Below are positions 47,138 to 59,500 of a stretch of DNA of 64,000 nt, one piece after another. The position numbers and the translations under genes are program-made. Position 1 is the stretch's first letter; every line of letters begins with the position of its first letter. Origin of the DNA: Tetramitus jugosus (lineage: Eukaryota; Protista; Heterolobosea); assembly GCA_937625935.1 (NCBI GenBank), contig OW569390.1:186001-250000 (forward strand), given 5' to 3'. A model generated the notes under the pieces. It worked only from the letters and a program-made list of their open reading frames with translations, ran no database searches and was not told where the DNA came from.

Positions 47138-47929
47138 ATGACAGATGTACCACAAAGATGCCTAAATGACGGTATCCTTCGCAGACCCGATGGAAAACCT
47201 TTTTCATTTGCTCTTTCAAAAGAGCATCCATCTGAGAACAGAGCTCACGGATTCAACGACGATCTTCTCGTTCCATTTTCTCTTCATTTCGATTCTGTTT
47301 GCTACCAAAATCTTTATCCATCAGGAAAGGACTATGGCATTGTTGAGCCATGTCCCAATGTGCCTCTCTTCGCCAACTGCAATGTATTGTTTGCTGCGGC
47401 TGAGGATCCAAATCACGAGAGCTACGCTCTGTACAGGGAGTTTGTTCAATGGTGGACAGTCGCAATTGGTCGAAGTATTTTGACTGCTGGTCTCCAGGAT
47501 GGCATTTTTTTTAACCTGTGTGGCTATACCAAGGAAAGAATAGAGGTGATTCGTGAGCGATATGAACGCATGATTCAAGATGAGAATCATCTTCGCCACT
47601 TCCACTATTCTATGTGTCAAAAGTATAAGACTTCACAGGATAACGACCTAGAGGACGAAAGTGTTTCTTCAAGGTTCGCTCATGTTCCTCATCTCGCATT
47701 CAACGCGGCTTGGACTGCCGAGGAAAAGCAAAGAATGAATGCCATAGAGAATGACTTATACCCTGGATTCACTGATTGGGATCTGGCTTTCATCCTCAGG
47801 AACGAACAACTAGTTCGCAACACCACGTTCTATTGTGTTTCGTCACCTGCTGATCTTCCAAAAGAAGGCACTTTGACACCATTGTCTTTGGATATTCTGA
47901 GAGAGGAATACAAGATCATCAAAGAATAA
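47138..47929 (+). CDS. Hypothetical protein
   Basis: 263-codon ORF from the first ATG with globular composition; no motif recognised. Confidence 0.6.
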   Translation: MTDVPQRCLNDGILRRPDGKPFSFALSKEHPSENRAHGFNDDLLVPFSLHFDSVCYQNLYPSGKDYGIVEPCPNVPLFANCNVLFAAAEDPNHESYALYREFVQWWTVAIGRSILTAGLQDGIFFNLCGYTKERIEVIRERYERMIQDENHLRHFHYSMCQKYKTSQDNDLEDESVSSRFAHVPHLAFNAAWTAEEKQRMNAIENDLYPGFTDWDLAFILRNEQLVRNTTFYCVSSPADLPKEGTLTPLSLDILREEYKIIKE

Positions 47930-48221
47930 ACACTTCAATTAGTACTATTCAAACCACACAGAACGGAGCTCCATTGACACAAACATGCAATCCCTGTTTC
48001 TAGCTGAGCTAGAAGGTGAAGGATAGGAATAAGATATCGCTCTTCAGGTGCGGGAATTGCGGCATGGTCGCAGAAAAATGTGAAAAACGAACAAAAATTT
48101 CTCCCCACAAAAACCTTCTGATTGGACATCACAACCTCAAAAAGCAGCAAAAAACAACGCAACACTCGAAACCTAAATTATTTATTTGCCATATCGCTAT
48201 ATCCATCAATTTTGAACAAAA

Positions 48222-50121
48222 ATGCACGGTGGTAGCTGTAGTCTCAGTTTAACGAGCACTACAACAGCAATTGTAAGATCCTCAAAAACGCATAATAATC
48301 GTGTTGGTGCATCATCATCATGGTGGACCTGTAACAATGCTACGCTTTTTCATTTGATGGTGATACTCGCCGTGGTACTGCTCTTGTTATTTCCCACTCA
48401 TGGAGAAACTGCCGATTCAACCGTTTCATTGAATACTTATTTTGGCGCCAAAAATGAAAGTGTATTGACTACGATGATTGCGCAAATTTATCACACCAAT
48501 GATGATGATAATGATCGCAATAGAGAGTACGGTAACTGCACCGTGTGGATTCACAATGTTTTTGGTGAATGTGTGATGAATCGGTTGGAAATGGGTGGAT
48601 TTTGGTTGGGAATAGGCTCAGTGGTCGTTTGGGTCTCCTCACAAATTCCTCAAGTCGTTCTCAATATCAGAAGACAGGACGCAAGTGGATTGAGTGGCTT
48701 GTTTTTGGGTCTGTTTTTAATGTCTGATGTTCTCAATGTCATTGCCTCTGTTTTCATCTATAGCATTGGTACACAGGTATGTTTACTATGTTTTCTTTGT
48801 TGTTGTTGATTAACCTCTTTTTGTTGTTGTATACTAATCTTACTGTTGTCTGTAAATGTTGTGCATTGTAGTTGTATTCAGGAATATTTTATTTAATCAT
48901 GGATATTACGTTATTGTTACAATGGTTGTTTTACAAGGGAAAAACCATGTTGAAGGAACAAAAACTCCGACGCGTCATGACATCGAACTCTGTGGGTACC
49001 ATGGTGAAGAACTATTCGGATACCAATGTTGGAAGTCGGAGCTTGTATTTTAGTCCAACGAGAGGCAATGGGATGCACACACCGAACCCAAATTTTGGTT
49101 ATGCTTATTATCAATCGCCTTCAGCGACGGGAGGTTCAGGAGCAGCCAGAGATCCTAGAAGGGGTGAAAATGGTATGGAACGAATTTTATTGCTCTGATT
49201 TTCAATATCACGTTGGTACTAATGTGAAGTGTTTTTCATGTTTGTTGTCGTTTTGATTGTTGATGCTGGTGTATGCAGAATCATCGCTCTTTAGCATGTA
49301 CAGTGAGACGGATTCTGAGGTGCTGACCGCGTATGACACACAGGAAGAAGATAACTTCTATCAATCGAAGGTTGATCATCAGAGAGCCCATGTTGGAACG
49401 CCCTTAACCTCGCAAGCCACACCTGTAAACAATCGATCTTTCATGTTCCTGCGAGAACAGAGCTTTTCAAACTCGGAGGGATCGCCCTTTATTGGTAGCG
49501 GTAGCCAGAGAAAGAAATCAAATCAAAACCGATTGTACACTTTTCTGCCCTTGTCGCTCTTACTGTGTGGAGTCGTGATATTTGTCTTGTTGAACAATCA
49601 ACAAGCAGGCACGAAAACCATGCAATCGATCAATGTCGCAACCAACGTTAGGCATGTTGGAGGCAGATCACTCTTGCAAGCAACTACAGAAAACAATGTA
49701 ATCAGTGAACCGATTCATCAACCTCCATTGTATCCTATTCACTCTGGTTTAGGTATTGGCGGTTATGTTCTGGGTTGGATAGCGGCCGTACTTGCTATCA
49801 TTAGCAGAATTCCTCAGATCTCAAAGAATTGGACAAGAAAATCGACAGATGGACTATCAGTTATGATGTTTATACTGGCTGCTTTAGGCAATTTCATATT
49901 TTGTGTGTCAATTGCTCTGAATGCTGCCGGCTCCGATATTATATTGTCCAAGTTACCGTGGGCTGTTGGTGCCTTAGGATCCACTCTTCTAGATAGTGTG
50001 GTATGTATTTTATGTTGAGCTTCATGTATTCTTTTCAAAGTTGAAACTAACCTTCCCATTAAAATAGATTGTCACCCAGTGCTGGTTGTATTTCGAGAAG
50101 ACTGAAATCAATTTTGAGTAA
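48222..50121 (+). CDS. PQ-loop lysosomal/vacuolar amino-acid transporter (PQLC2/Ypq-like), 4 exons
   Basis: Two PQ loops (SQIPQVVLN..GLS; SRIPQISKN..KSTDGLS). GT-AG introns 48777-48871, 49173-49278 and 50001-50067 keep frame and contain CTAAY branch sites. Confidence 0.9.
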
Positions 50122-50419
50122 TTCTACACTTCACAATACGCACATGCAGGAGAGATACAAGCTCTCTTCTTATTACATTCATAACAATGGCTAACAATTT
50201 GTGAAATTTTATGTGCAACGCTTTAACATGTTGGAGATTACGCTCTTGATGAATCTTCTTCTCTCTTTGAGCTCTTTTCTCATTTGTTAGCGCAAGGGTT
50301 TGAACTTTTGTACGGCGCCCCGTAACACGTTACAAAACCTGATCAAGTTCAACTGAGCACACTCTCACGAAATTTTTCGAAGCTGAAAAGCTGCTTTAAA
50401 ACAAACAATTCGACAAAAA

Positions 50420-52162
50420 ATGATACCCGAAGAACCCTTTTTCTGTGGCACCCGAGTGTGCATCGAGAAGATTCTCTGTGGCAGTGAACCATTCCTTATC
50501 CATGAATCAAATATCTATGCCGGTTGTGCCCTTATTGACCACTTGCGATCCGAGGCCAAACAACTCGTGCTACAACAAAGAGTGCATGATTGTGTTGTTG
50601 TGACACAAGAGGAAATAGCGATGATGGAGAATAATACAACCTGTAAGCTTGGCCGCACTGAAAACAACAAGGGACAACTTGTTCACATTCTTTTGACGTT
50701 GAAAGCTTTACAATTGTTTCCCATAAAATCGGACAATTTTTTTAGTGCAAGATTCATTGACAAGGGCAGCGAGATTGTACTGTATGTGAAGTTGGATCTG
50801 GGAGTTTCACCCAGCGAGTTTCTCCAGAAGAAAATAGATGATAGCTCTGTGCATGTACAAGTGTTTCAACCATCTAGGTTGAATGATGACTCTCCCATAC
50901 ACAACGAACATCCCAGAAAGAATGAGGAAAGAACACTCTATGTTGAAGCAAATGACTCCATGTCGCTTCTTAGAGTTGCAATGAACATGAACCAGAACAG
51001 AAATGATTTTGGTTTGTCCATGTTGCTCCAAGGCGCAATTAGTCGATTCTTCAAGAGGTACTCTCATTTCTATGCCATGTTCGATGAGATTTGTTGCCTC
51101 GCTAGTCGTGGTGTTCTTTCTAGAATGGTGCAATTGGTTCAATCAGAGATACAATCATCCAATTCAAAGTGTTTGGTGTCGGGAAGGACTGTCACTTTGA
51201 GGTACAGACCTGGATTCGTAAATATTATGGACTGTTTGAACCGTGCAAGAAAATCTGGCTTTGGATTTTCTCTTCTGAGACATTATATCAAACATGAAGA
51301 ACATCTCTTGCGATACATACTATGGAACATGTGGCCGGACAAGCAAGGGGTGGTTGATCCATTTCCCTGTATCTATCATGATAAGCAACAAGAATGGTCC
51401 CGCAGTTACGACATTCCAAATGACTTGCTAAACGAGGTTCCAAAGCTGAGTCTTCTAAAGAAACTATTAACAAATCGCTGTCTTCAGACAGACAAAGTAT
51501 GTGGACTGTCAGATGAAGCCGTATGTACAACTTCTATCTGTAACAAACTGGTCAACAAAATTAATCCCTTCATCTCTTTTCAGATTAACCGGTTGTTGTG
51601 GTTAGTGTTATCTAACAGGGTTTATTTGAGTCCAACAACAGTACACAACAGCGAAGATATCTTTGGAAGTACAGCAAAGTTGTATGCGTTCCTGTCTGTG
51701 GATAAAAGCTTTGAAGAGCGGTATGAAAGTGTGTATTTAAGTTGTGTTATGCATGTTTACATATCCCTTCTAACTAACAATGATTTTAAATTGACAGAGA
51801 CAAAATGTAAACCCAGAAAGTTCTTGGACAAGCTAGCTCTCATCTATCCCCAATACCATGACTATCTATTCCCGACACTTACTACACCCAGAAGAAACCC
51901 ATCATCAGAGCGCTCTGACATTATCAGATTGAAGAAAATTGACTCTCCAGAGAATCCTGAGTATGCCCTGCTTGTAAAACATTTCGGAAGAGTGAATCCA
52001 ACTTCATGGGACCTCGAGTATGGTGAGGCCGCAGACTTAAAATTAGTGGTTCCTCGCTTGTTTATCTCATATGAAACGAACTACGAGAAACCAAGGAAAC
52101 CAGTGGAGGAAACGTTGGATGTTGTTTCCTGGTGCGCTCAATTCGTAGACACACAATACTAA
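50420..52162 (+). CDS. Hypothetical protein, 580 aa
   Basis: Long uninterrupted ORF; no family recognised. Confidence 0.65.
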   Translation: MIPEEPFFCGTRVCIEKILCGSEPFLIHESNIYAGCALIDHLRSEAKQLVLQQRVHDCVVVTQEEIAMMENNTTCKLGRTENNKGQLVHILLTLKALQLFPIKSDNFFSARFIDKGSEIVLYVKLDLGVSPSEFLQKKIDDSSVHVQVFQPSRLNDDSPIHNEHPRKNEERTLYVEANDSMSLLRVAMNMNQNRNDFGLSMLLQGAISRFFKRYSHFYAMFDEICCLASRGVLSRMVQLVQSEIQSSNSKCLVSGRTVTLRYRPGFVNIMDCLNRARKSGFGFSLLRHYIKHEEHLLRYILWNMWPDKQGVVDPFPCIYHDKQQEWSRSYDIPNDLLNEVPKLSLLKKLLTNRCLQTDKVCGLSDEAVCTTSICNKLVNKINPFISFQINRLLWLVLSNRVYLSPTTVHNSEDIFGSTAKLYAFLSVDKSFEERYESVYLSCVMHVYISLLTNNDFKLTETKCKPRKFLDKLALIYPQYHDYLFPTLTTPRRNPSSERSDIIRLKKIDSPENPEYALLVKHFGRVNPTSWDLEYGEAADLKLVVPRLFISYETNYEKPRKPVEETLDVVSWCAQFVDTQY

Positions 52163-52491
52163 TACGTCACTTTCTTTGGTTTAATTTGTCCTTTATTACC
52201 CAGTCTGTAAATATTGAGCCCATGACCCAGGCAGAGAATCTTAAAAAATGAGCCTCTTTTCGAGCTCATATCCATGATTTCTCCCTGCGGACTCATAATC
52301 AACGAACTACCAAGATCAACTCATCTTGCAAAATGAAACCCAGTACGGGTCTTTTTTGAGGTTTTTCTAAAAAACAACTTGCTCGAAATCCATCACATAA
52401 GTGCCGCTCAACTGATATTTACAGCCACGCCTTTCTTCAAAATAAAAATCCAGTGAGGCCTTCGCCATCACATCTTTCAGCAAAAAACAAC

Positions 52492-54305
52492 TCACTCAGG
52501 ATGATCAAAATATTGATAATGCAGAGTATAACTGCCCGTTAGCTTCGGATTCTTAAACGGACAAGAAACACCATCCTCATCCACCCAAAAATAATCTGGT
52601 GCATAATGATGTTCATCACCTTCGCTCGTACTGCTCGAAGAAGATGCTACATCGTTAATCATGGAAGAATCCATACTCCGATGTGCACAATGAAAGCTCG
52701 CAGTGCTCGTACTGTTCGAACGGCTCAATGGTTGATGAACCAAAGAAGACTTGCTTCGTCGTTTGGCTGCCGATTGTTGAGATTGACTTCTCTTCTTGTT
52801 TCTTGGAGACTCATGATTTTTTGATTGTGCTTCAGCTCCTTGTGATTCCTCTGTTTCCTGATGCTGTTGCTCCGCTTTGTGTCGCTCTTCAGAGTACATA
52901 CGCATCCACATGGCTCTATCAAACGATTTGAGCAGTTCGTACTCGTTGGGCCAATTCTCAGACAAGAACGGATCGGAAGCCAACAATTGCACCACAAAGG
53001 AATCGAGCTGCACATGAGATTTAAACTTGATCTTGCTCGAGGACAAGTGGAATCGAGAGGCAAACTCCTCATCATACTCAAACACCATACCAGTAGAACC
53101 CTTTCGCCTCAACCGATCCAAGTACCTCTCCAATGAAGCACCATGCTTTGGTTGCAATTGAAAACGCTCAAAGAACAAATCGACAAAATGTTGGCAATTG
53201 ATTCGATTCTCTGATCGATGTGCTTGTGAATAACTGTAGCTCCCGTTCATTTCCGCAATAAACTCTGAAATTTCGTGCGCAAAGTTTACAATTCTGTCGG
53301 AACCCTCAATTTCTCCAACATCTACAGTGAGAATCGCTTTTTCAGAGGTACAGCGACGAGGGATACAAAGGCCAGAGCTAAGCCATTCAAGCTTCCATGG
53401 TCCAACAAGCACAGCAGAATGAAAGAGACCATATTCTTGACTGTATTGTGAACTTTGATGAATCAGAGGACTCATGTACTGACGTAGCTTCCTAGACACG
53501 GTCCAATTGAATGCGTCTGAAATGACGAGCTTGATCTTGATGGAGTGATCACTTGGTTGAAAGAAAAAGGAAGATGACGACGATGATGATGAAGGCACAG
53601 GAGAAGGTGGTGATGATAGCTCTAGGTGGTGGTTATGAATAAGGTTATTCTGGTTGGCACTGTTTGAAATCGCAGTTTCAAATATAGAGCTAAGATCTCC
53701 ACAGCTATCACCACCGTTGATACTACTACTACTACTGGACTGATGAGAATGATGGTGATGATGACTATTCAAAGGGAAACGAGGAGAGTAACGAGGGGAA
53801 TTACGAGGTGATTTTGCAGGAGCTCTCTAACAAAAAAAAATAGTGAATACAAAAAATCTTCAACAACAACAAAAAAGAACATGAAAAAAAATGAACATGT
53901 ACGCACCAGCATGGGTGGATCAACTCTCGTAAAATTCGTCTTCAAGTAATGCTTCCGTAGCTTTCTTGGATCTGACAATCGTTTCGCTAACCGAATCATC
54001 TCTTCTCTCGTATAGTCGGAGTAAATCGAAGCCCGCTCAATTTTTTGAAGAACGCGCTGAAAATATTGTTCGGTTGCTGCCGTTGTTGGTGTCGGTGGTG
54101 TTAATGTCGGTATAGATGCTCGTTTCCTGGGAGAAGCTATCCGAGTGTTGGACGTCATTGGTGCAAAGCTTTTGCTTCTACCAACGATTTTTCTCAGTGA
54201 AAGAGGCGATGGTTGACAGGAAGTGTCATCATTCAAGTCGGATGTTGGTTGGGTGTTGTCTGGATGGGCATCAGTTGACCTGGGCTTTGGAAGCTTTTGG
54301 CCCAT
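52492..54305 (-). CDS. PPPDE/DeSI-like permuted papain-fold peptidase, possibly N-myristoylated; 2 exons
   Basis: GLFHSAVLVG...LEW and Y......NCQHFVD (His before Cys). Intron 53827-53906 joins the two ORFs in frame; N-terminus MGQKL. Confidence 0.7.
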
Positions 54306-54609
54306 GAGTCAGTGTGGTTTCTTTTTGATTGTAGTGTTGATGGTGATGTTGTTTTTCAACACGTTATGGCTACCTGTTGTTGTTATCGTTTTTCTCTTCA
54401 GAGTCTTTTTTTGATGATGATATGAAAGCTCATAGTCTCACGGGTCACATTCCTTTTTGACGAGAATTGAGCGACGCGGAACACATCATTAACAAGCACA
54501 CCGCCCTATACGAGAAACTGGAAAATCAAAAGAGGTGTTGTCGGGATTTTGTATGTGATCAGATGGGAACACAGAGAATTATGAATACCAAATCTTTTGA
54601 ATGCACCAT

Positions 54610-56307
54610 TTATACACGTCTGCCTTGCACAAAGATAGACTCTATGTTTCTGTCGTCACCACAGTGCATGAATCTTTCGAACATATCAACAACCTTCTTG
54701 TAGTTCCTGGCTTCTTCTGTGGCGAACTCTGGTTGCATATCATAAATGACTTCGTATTCTGCAAGGAATGAGTCGATTGGTCCGTTTTGGGCATTGACAT
54801 CAATCAACAGAGCATCGAATGACTTGCTTGGTTCGAAATTACCAACCTTGTCCTGAAGACCAACAGATGCAGCACCACCGATGGTGGCCAAATAGAACAA
54901 CTCATCCATGGTCAATGCCTTGTATTGCTGTTGCGCAACAGGAGCTTCTTCCTTGTTTGCATCAGCCAAGAATTGGTTGACCATGTCGTCCATATTTCTG
55001 TAATCGTGATGGTGGTGCGAGTGTTGTGCAGAGGAAGCAATGATTGCATTTCGAATGGCATTGAGCATGGATGGTGAGTAACCACCACTGACATCAGTTC
55101 CCAATCCAACCTTGACACCCTTGTCTAACAGTCTTCTCACATCAGCCACACCGCTCAACAAGCTAAAGTTGGACAGAGGACAATGGCAAATAGTAGTGCC
55201 TCTCTCCTTCAACAAGTTCAATTCGTTCTCTGTCAAGAAGATGCCATGAGCCATAATGGTCTTATCAGTCAACAGACCCATTTGATCATAGGTGTGAGTA
55301 TAGGTCTTTTCATCATGAATTCTCTTGATCAATTGAATTTCACCCTTGTTCTCACTAATGTGAGACTGAATGGCCAAATTGTATTTTTGAGCTAGAGCAC
55401 TCAAACCCTTCATTAGCTCTGTGGAGCAAGTGACAGCGAATCGTGGCGTAATGATTGGTTGAACCAATCCTGGTTGACCAGACTTCTCCGACAGTTCCAG
55501 AACTCTCTGAATAAAGGATTCAGTGTCTCTCAAGCTATTCTGTGTTGTTTCCATGTAAAAGTCAGGTGCCATCATATCCATATTCACCTTGCCTACAAAA
55601 GCTCTCTGTCCTGCTTCGTTACAAATCTTGGCCAACAGAGTGGAAGCTTCCTCGTGAATCGTAGCAAAATAGACACAAGTAGTGGATCCGTTTCTCAAGT
55701 GACGATGAACTGAAGCTGTGTAAACCTTTTCAGCAAAACTCAAATCACTAAACTTGCTCTCAGCAGGGAATGTGTACTTCTACTCGAGATCAAACAATAC
55801 AATACAATAAACAAGCATCGTGCATTTCAACAACCAAAATCAGTTAGTGAGACACTTATTCACAATCAACATTAAGCAACAACAAGTAGAGCAAACTTTA
55901 CACTTTGCAAACTGTTTATTACATTTAAAAAAAAGTAAAGAATGACACAAAAAACAACAATAACAGCAGCAAAATACAATGACACGCAAATACACATCAA
56001 AACTATGAAAGATATATACATTTAACCACTTGAGAAGCTCTTCATCGAGACCCAATCCAGAATTAATGTACTGTGGAGCATGAGTGTGAATATCAACGAA
56101 ACCAGGGATCAAAAATTGAGACTTTTTCAATTCAACAGTCTCAAAATCAGTGACATTGACTGATGCTTGATCAAATTGTTGCTTTGTCTTGTACAAGAAT
56201 TCAATATTTCCATCGAGTCCAACACCAAGAACTGCCTGAGGAAGAATTTCTAATTTTTTAGATGAGATGCTGTGCACCAATGGTCCGATAAATAATCTGC
56301 GCTTCAT
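54610..56307 (-). CDS. GDA: Guanine deaminase, 2 exons
   Basis: PGFVDIHTHAPQY, WLN|KYTFPAE across intron 55780-56019, PIITPRFA, QSHISEN, HCPLSN, GLGTDVSGG, GDDRNI. Confidence 0.95.
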
Positions 56308-56542
56308 GATTGTGTACTCTTACGTCTTGTCTGTCTGTTTGTTTTGGTTTGCGTGTTGTGCGATATCCATTTTCTTTTTTCTCCGAGTGGGTCTCCCGAC
56401 ATCGGACAAACTAAAACATTGTGCTGAGAACATGAAGCTTCATGGATAAGTTCACAGCACAGAAGATTATCTCGAACAAGCACACGCACGAGACAACACA
56501 CAGAAAGAAGAGCACAACCACCAAACAAGAAAGACCAAACTC

Positions 56543-59500
56543 ATGGAAGCAACCAATAATGAGGATGACTGGGGATTCTACAGCAACGTAGTAGCTCCCT
56601 CAAGAAATTCTGCTCCCGTGCAAGCATTCAATAGCTCCAAGGGTCGATACCGTATTCTGAATCCAAAGCAAAAATTGCTCAATCTAGTGTGTGCCAGTCT
56701 CATTAGTGAACCCTCCTTTTTTAATGACTTGTCATTTAGTTCTCTGTTGCCTTCTCGCAGTGACCCCTACTGCACCAACTCCCAGTATGTAGCTCTCGTG
56801 CAATATCTGGTGTTTATGGTGGGTGACCATGTGGCGAAGCATGAGATGCTCGATTTGGTGCTCAAGATTTCGCGTCGTGATTGCGAATTTGTGTTGAAGT
56901 TGGCTCACTATGTTCGAATAGAGCTCGGTATTCGATCGACGGCCAATTTTTTGTTGGCAGCGGCAGCCATCTGTCCACAGAGCAAGCAAGAGTATGTCAA
57001 GTATTATCTGAGTTCGATACGATTGCCATCAGACTGGTTAGAAGTATGTTCGTTCTACGTCGTGATTAGAAGACACTTGTTGCGACAATGGATGACCTAT
57101 CATCCAGATCAAACAAGGGTGATGAGAACGTTATTGAAACCGATGAACAGCAAGGAAATGGAGAATAGATTAAAGGAATTGAAAGACCAAGTCGTTCCAG
57201 GCAGAGATATTCCCCATGTATTGCAAAAGGCTATGAAAGAAAAGTTTTTGGATTTTGATGTTTATCAATTAGCAAAGTATAACAAGGAAAAATCAATGAA
57301 ACGTAAGTTTTTGAAGAAAACATTCCAGGAGAGGAAGAGTAAGGCTAAGCAATCTTCAAGAACACCCGAGATGAGTTCTGTCAGAGGAAGAGGAAGAGGA
57401 AGAGGCAGAGGCGGCAGTAGAGTTCTTAATAATAGAAATAGCAGAAATAATGTAAATTGGGAGGACTCGGCTGAGCAGGGGGGAGAAGATATCCCGAATG
57501 ACCAGCCTCAACAAGACATTGATTACGATAGCGAAGATAGTGAAGAGGTGATTGATAGTGATGAAGAGAGTGTTGATCACGTTGAACGACCAGCTGTCAA
57601 GAAGGAGCAAGGTTCAAAGAAGTTGAAGCCTTCAGGAGAACTTAACAATAAGCCTCAATTTAGCATGAAAAAGATGATTCGTCAGTTGCACATGACTGAA
57701 CCATCTGAATTCGTTCTTAGTATTCTAGGCAAGAAATATCCAGCAACAGAAGAAGAGTTTACCAAGCAAAATCTAGATAAGGCTCCTTTGACGAGAGTGA
57801 AAGGAAAGAGAAAAGACACTGAATTAAGACAGTTTGATCCACTGCGAGTCGGAACAAGAATGAAACTACCTGTGCCTGTGACTTGGGAAACAGAGTTGTC
57901 TGCAACTGGAAATAATGCCACTTCTTGGCAGAATCTGATTGATTCTGGTAAGTTGCCGTTCATGGCCATGCTGAGAAATTTGAGGAATTTATTGTTGACT
58001 GGCATTTCTACATCCCATCATCAAGTAATCCTCAACAAATTGAGAGATGCTGATACGATCAAACACAGTCAACAATTTCCATTTCGCTTCTTCTCTGCCT
58101 ATCAATCCATTGATATTGACTTGAAACAATTGCGAAAGTATAAGAAGATGAGCAGAGATGAACTGGCAGAAATGGAGGCCACAACCAGTAAAATCATCAT
58201 TCCGGAGAACATGCCAACTGAAGATTTGATAAAGGAGTATCGAGAGGCATTAGACAAAGCTGTACAACACGCGGTTACTAATAATATCAAGCAGATACAG
58301 GGAACAACTGCTATATTTGTGGATGTCTCAGAAAGCATGAAAAACTCAGTGTGCTCTTCAGCCAAAGCTGGTAACTTCACTTCTGCAATTGAGATTGGTG
58401 TTCTTTTGGGGTTGATGTGTAATTTCGTTTGTCAACAGAGCGAGTTTATGATCTATTCCTCTCCCAGTCTCGTCTATCCCGATTCAAATTACCAGAATAT
58501 GACTCGTTTGATAAAACAAGGTCATATACTTGAAAACATGAAGTTGGTATTGCGCAGAGTAGAACAGATGGGATCAGTTAGAGAGTTCCCACTTGCCTAC
58601 CTGAAATCTATCACTGACAAGAAGACCATTGTTGATCAAATTGTTGTCCTGAGTGATATGCAATGGGACAAGGATAATACATTCACTGACTCCTTTGTAA
58701 TTCAATCGATGATTACTCAGTATAGGAAGAAAGTGAACCCCAATATGTTATTTATTTGCATAGATTTGTTTGGATCTGGCAGCACTCTAGTCAACATGAA
58801 TGAAGGACAAACTGATCCTCGAAACATAACTATCACTGGGTTTTCTGATTCCATTTTGAGATTCATCGCTGAGAAATCAGATAATGCACAGCTAAGACAT
58901 GTTCAAAACATTGAAGTACGTGAACCAGTTCTCCTGTTGCCAGCCAAAAAGAATAACAAGAAGAAAAAGAAGAGTAAGGGGAAGAAGAAGAAGGAATCAC
59001 ATCAACCAGTATTGCCACTTCAAAATGAGGTCCGATTCTTGTCCACCCCATTCAAAAATCAACACTCCATCCTCGTGGGACACTCATTCAAAAAAGTGGT
59101 ATCCAAGTCAAAACATTGTATCTTCCTGACAAATGAAGGAGCAGTGTATGGCATGGGAAAATCCGGCTCCATTTTCTCAAGTAATGTTGAGCAACCTAGA
59201 CTTATGTTAGATCAAGATATGATACAGAAATTGACTGAGGGGCGTACTAAAGGCGAACATGTGATCGATATTACGAGTGGAACGCTTCATATTGCTGCTC
59301 TAACCAATTTAGGAACTGTGTTTGTCATGGGCTGTAACACTGATAATCAACTGGGTAGATCGACAGATACTGACTACATCCACGATATGAAGCCCGTTAT
59401 TTGGGAAAATCCAACACATATCACTTCAGTCGCATGTGGTGATTACTATACTGTATTTCTAACGAAAGAAGGAAAGCTCTTTGGGTGTGGTAGAAATGAC

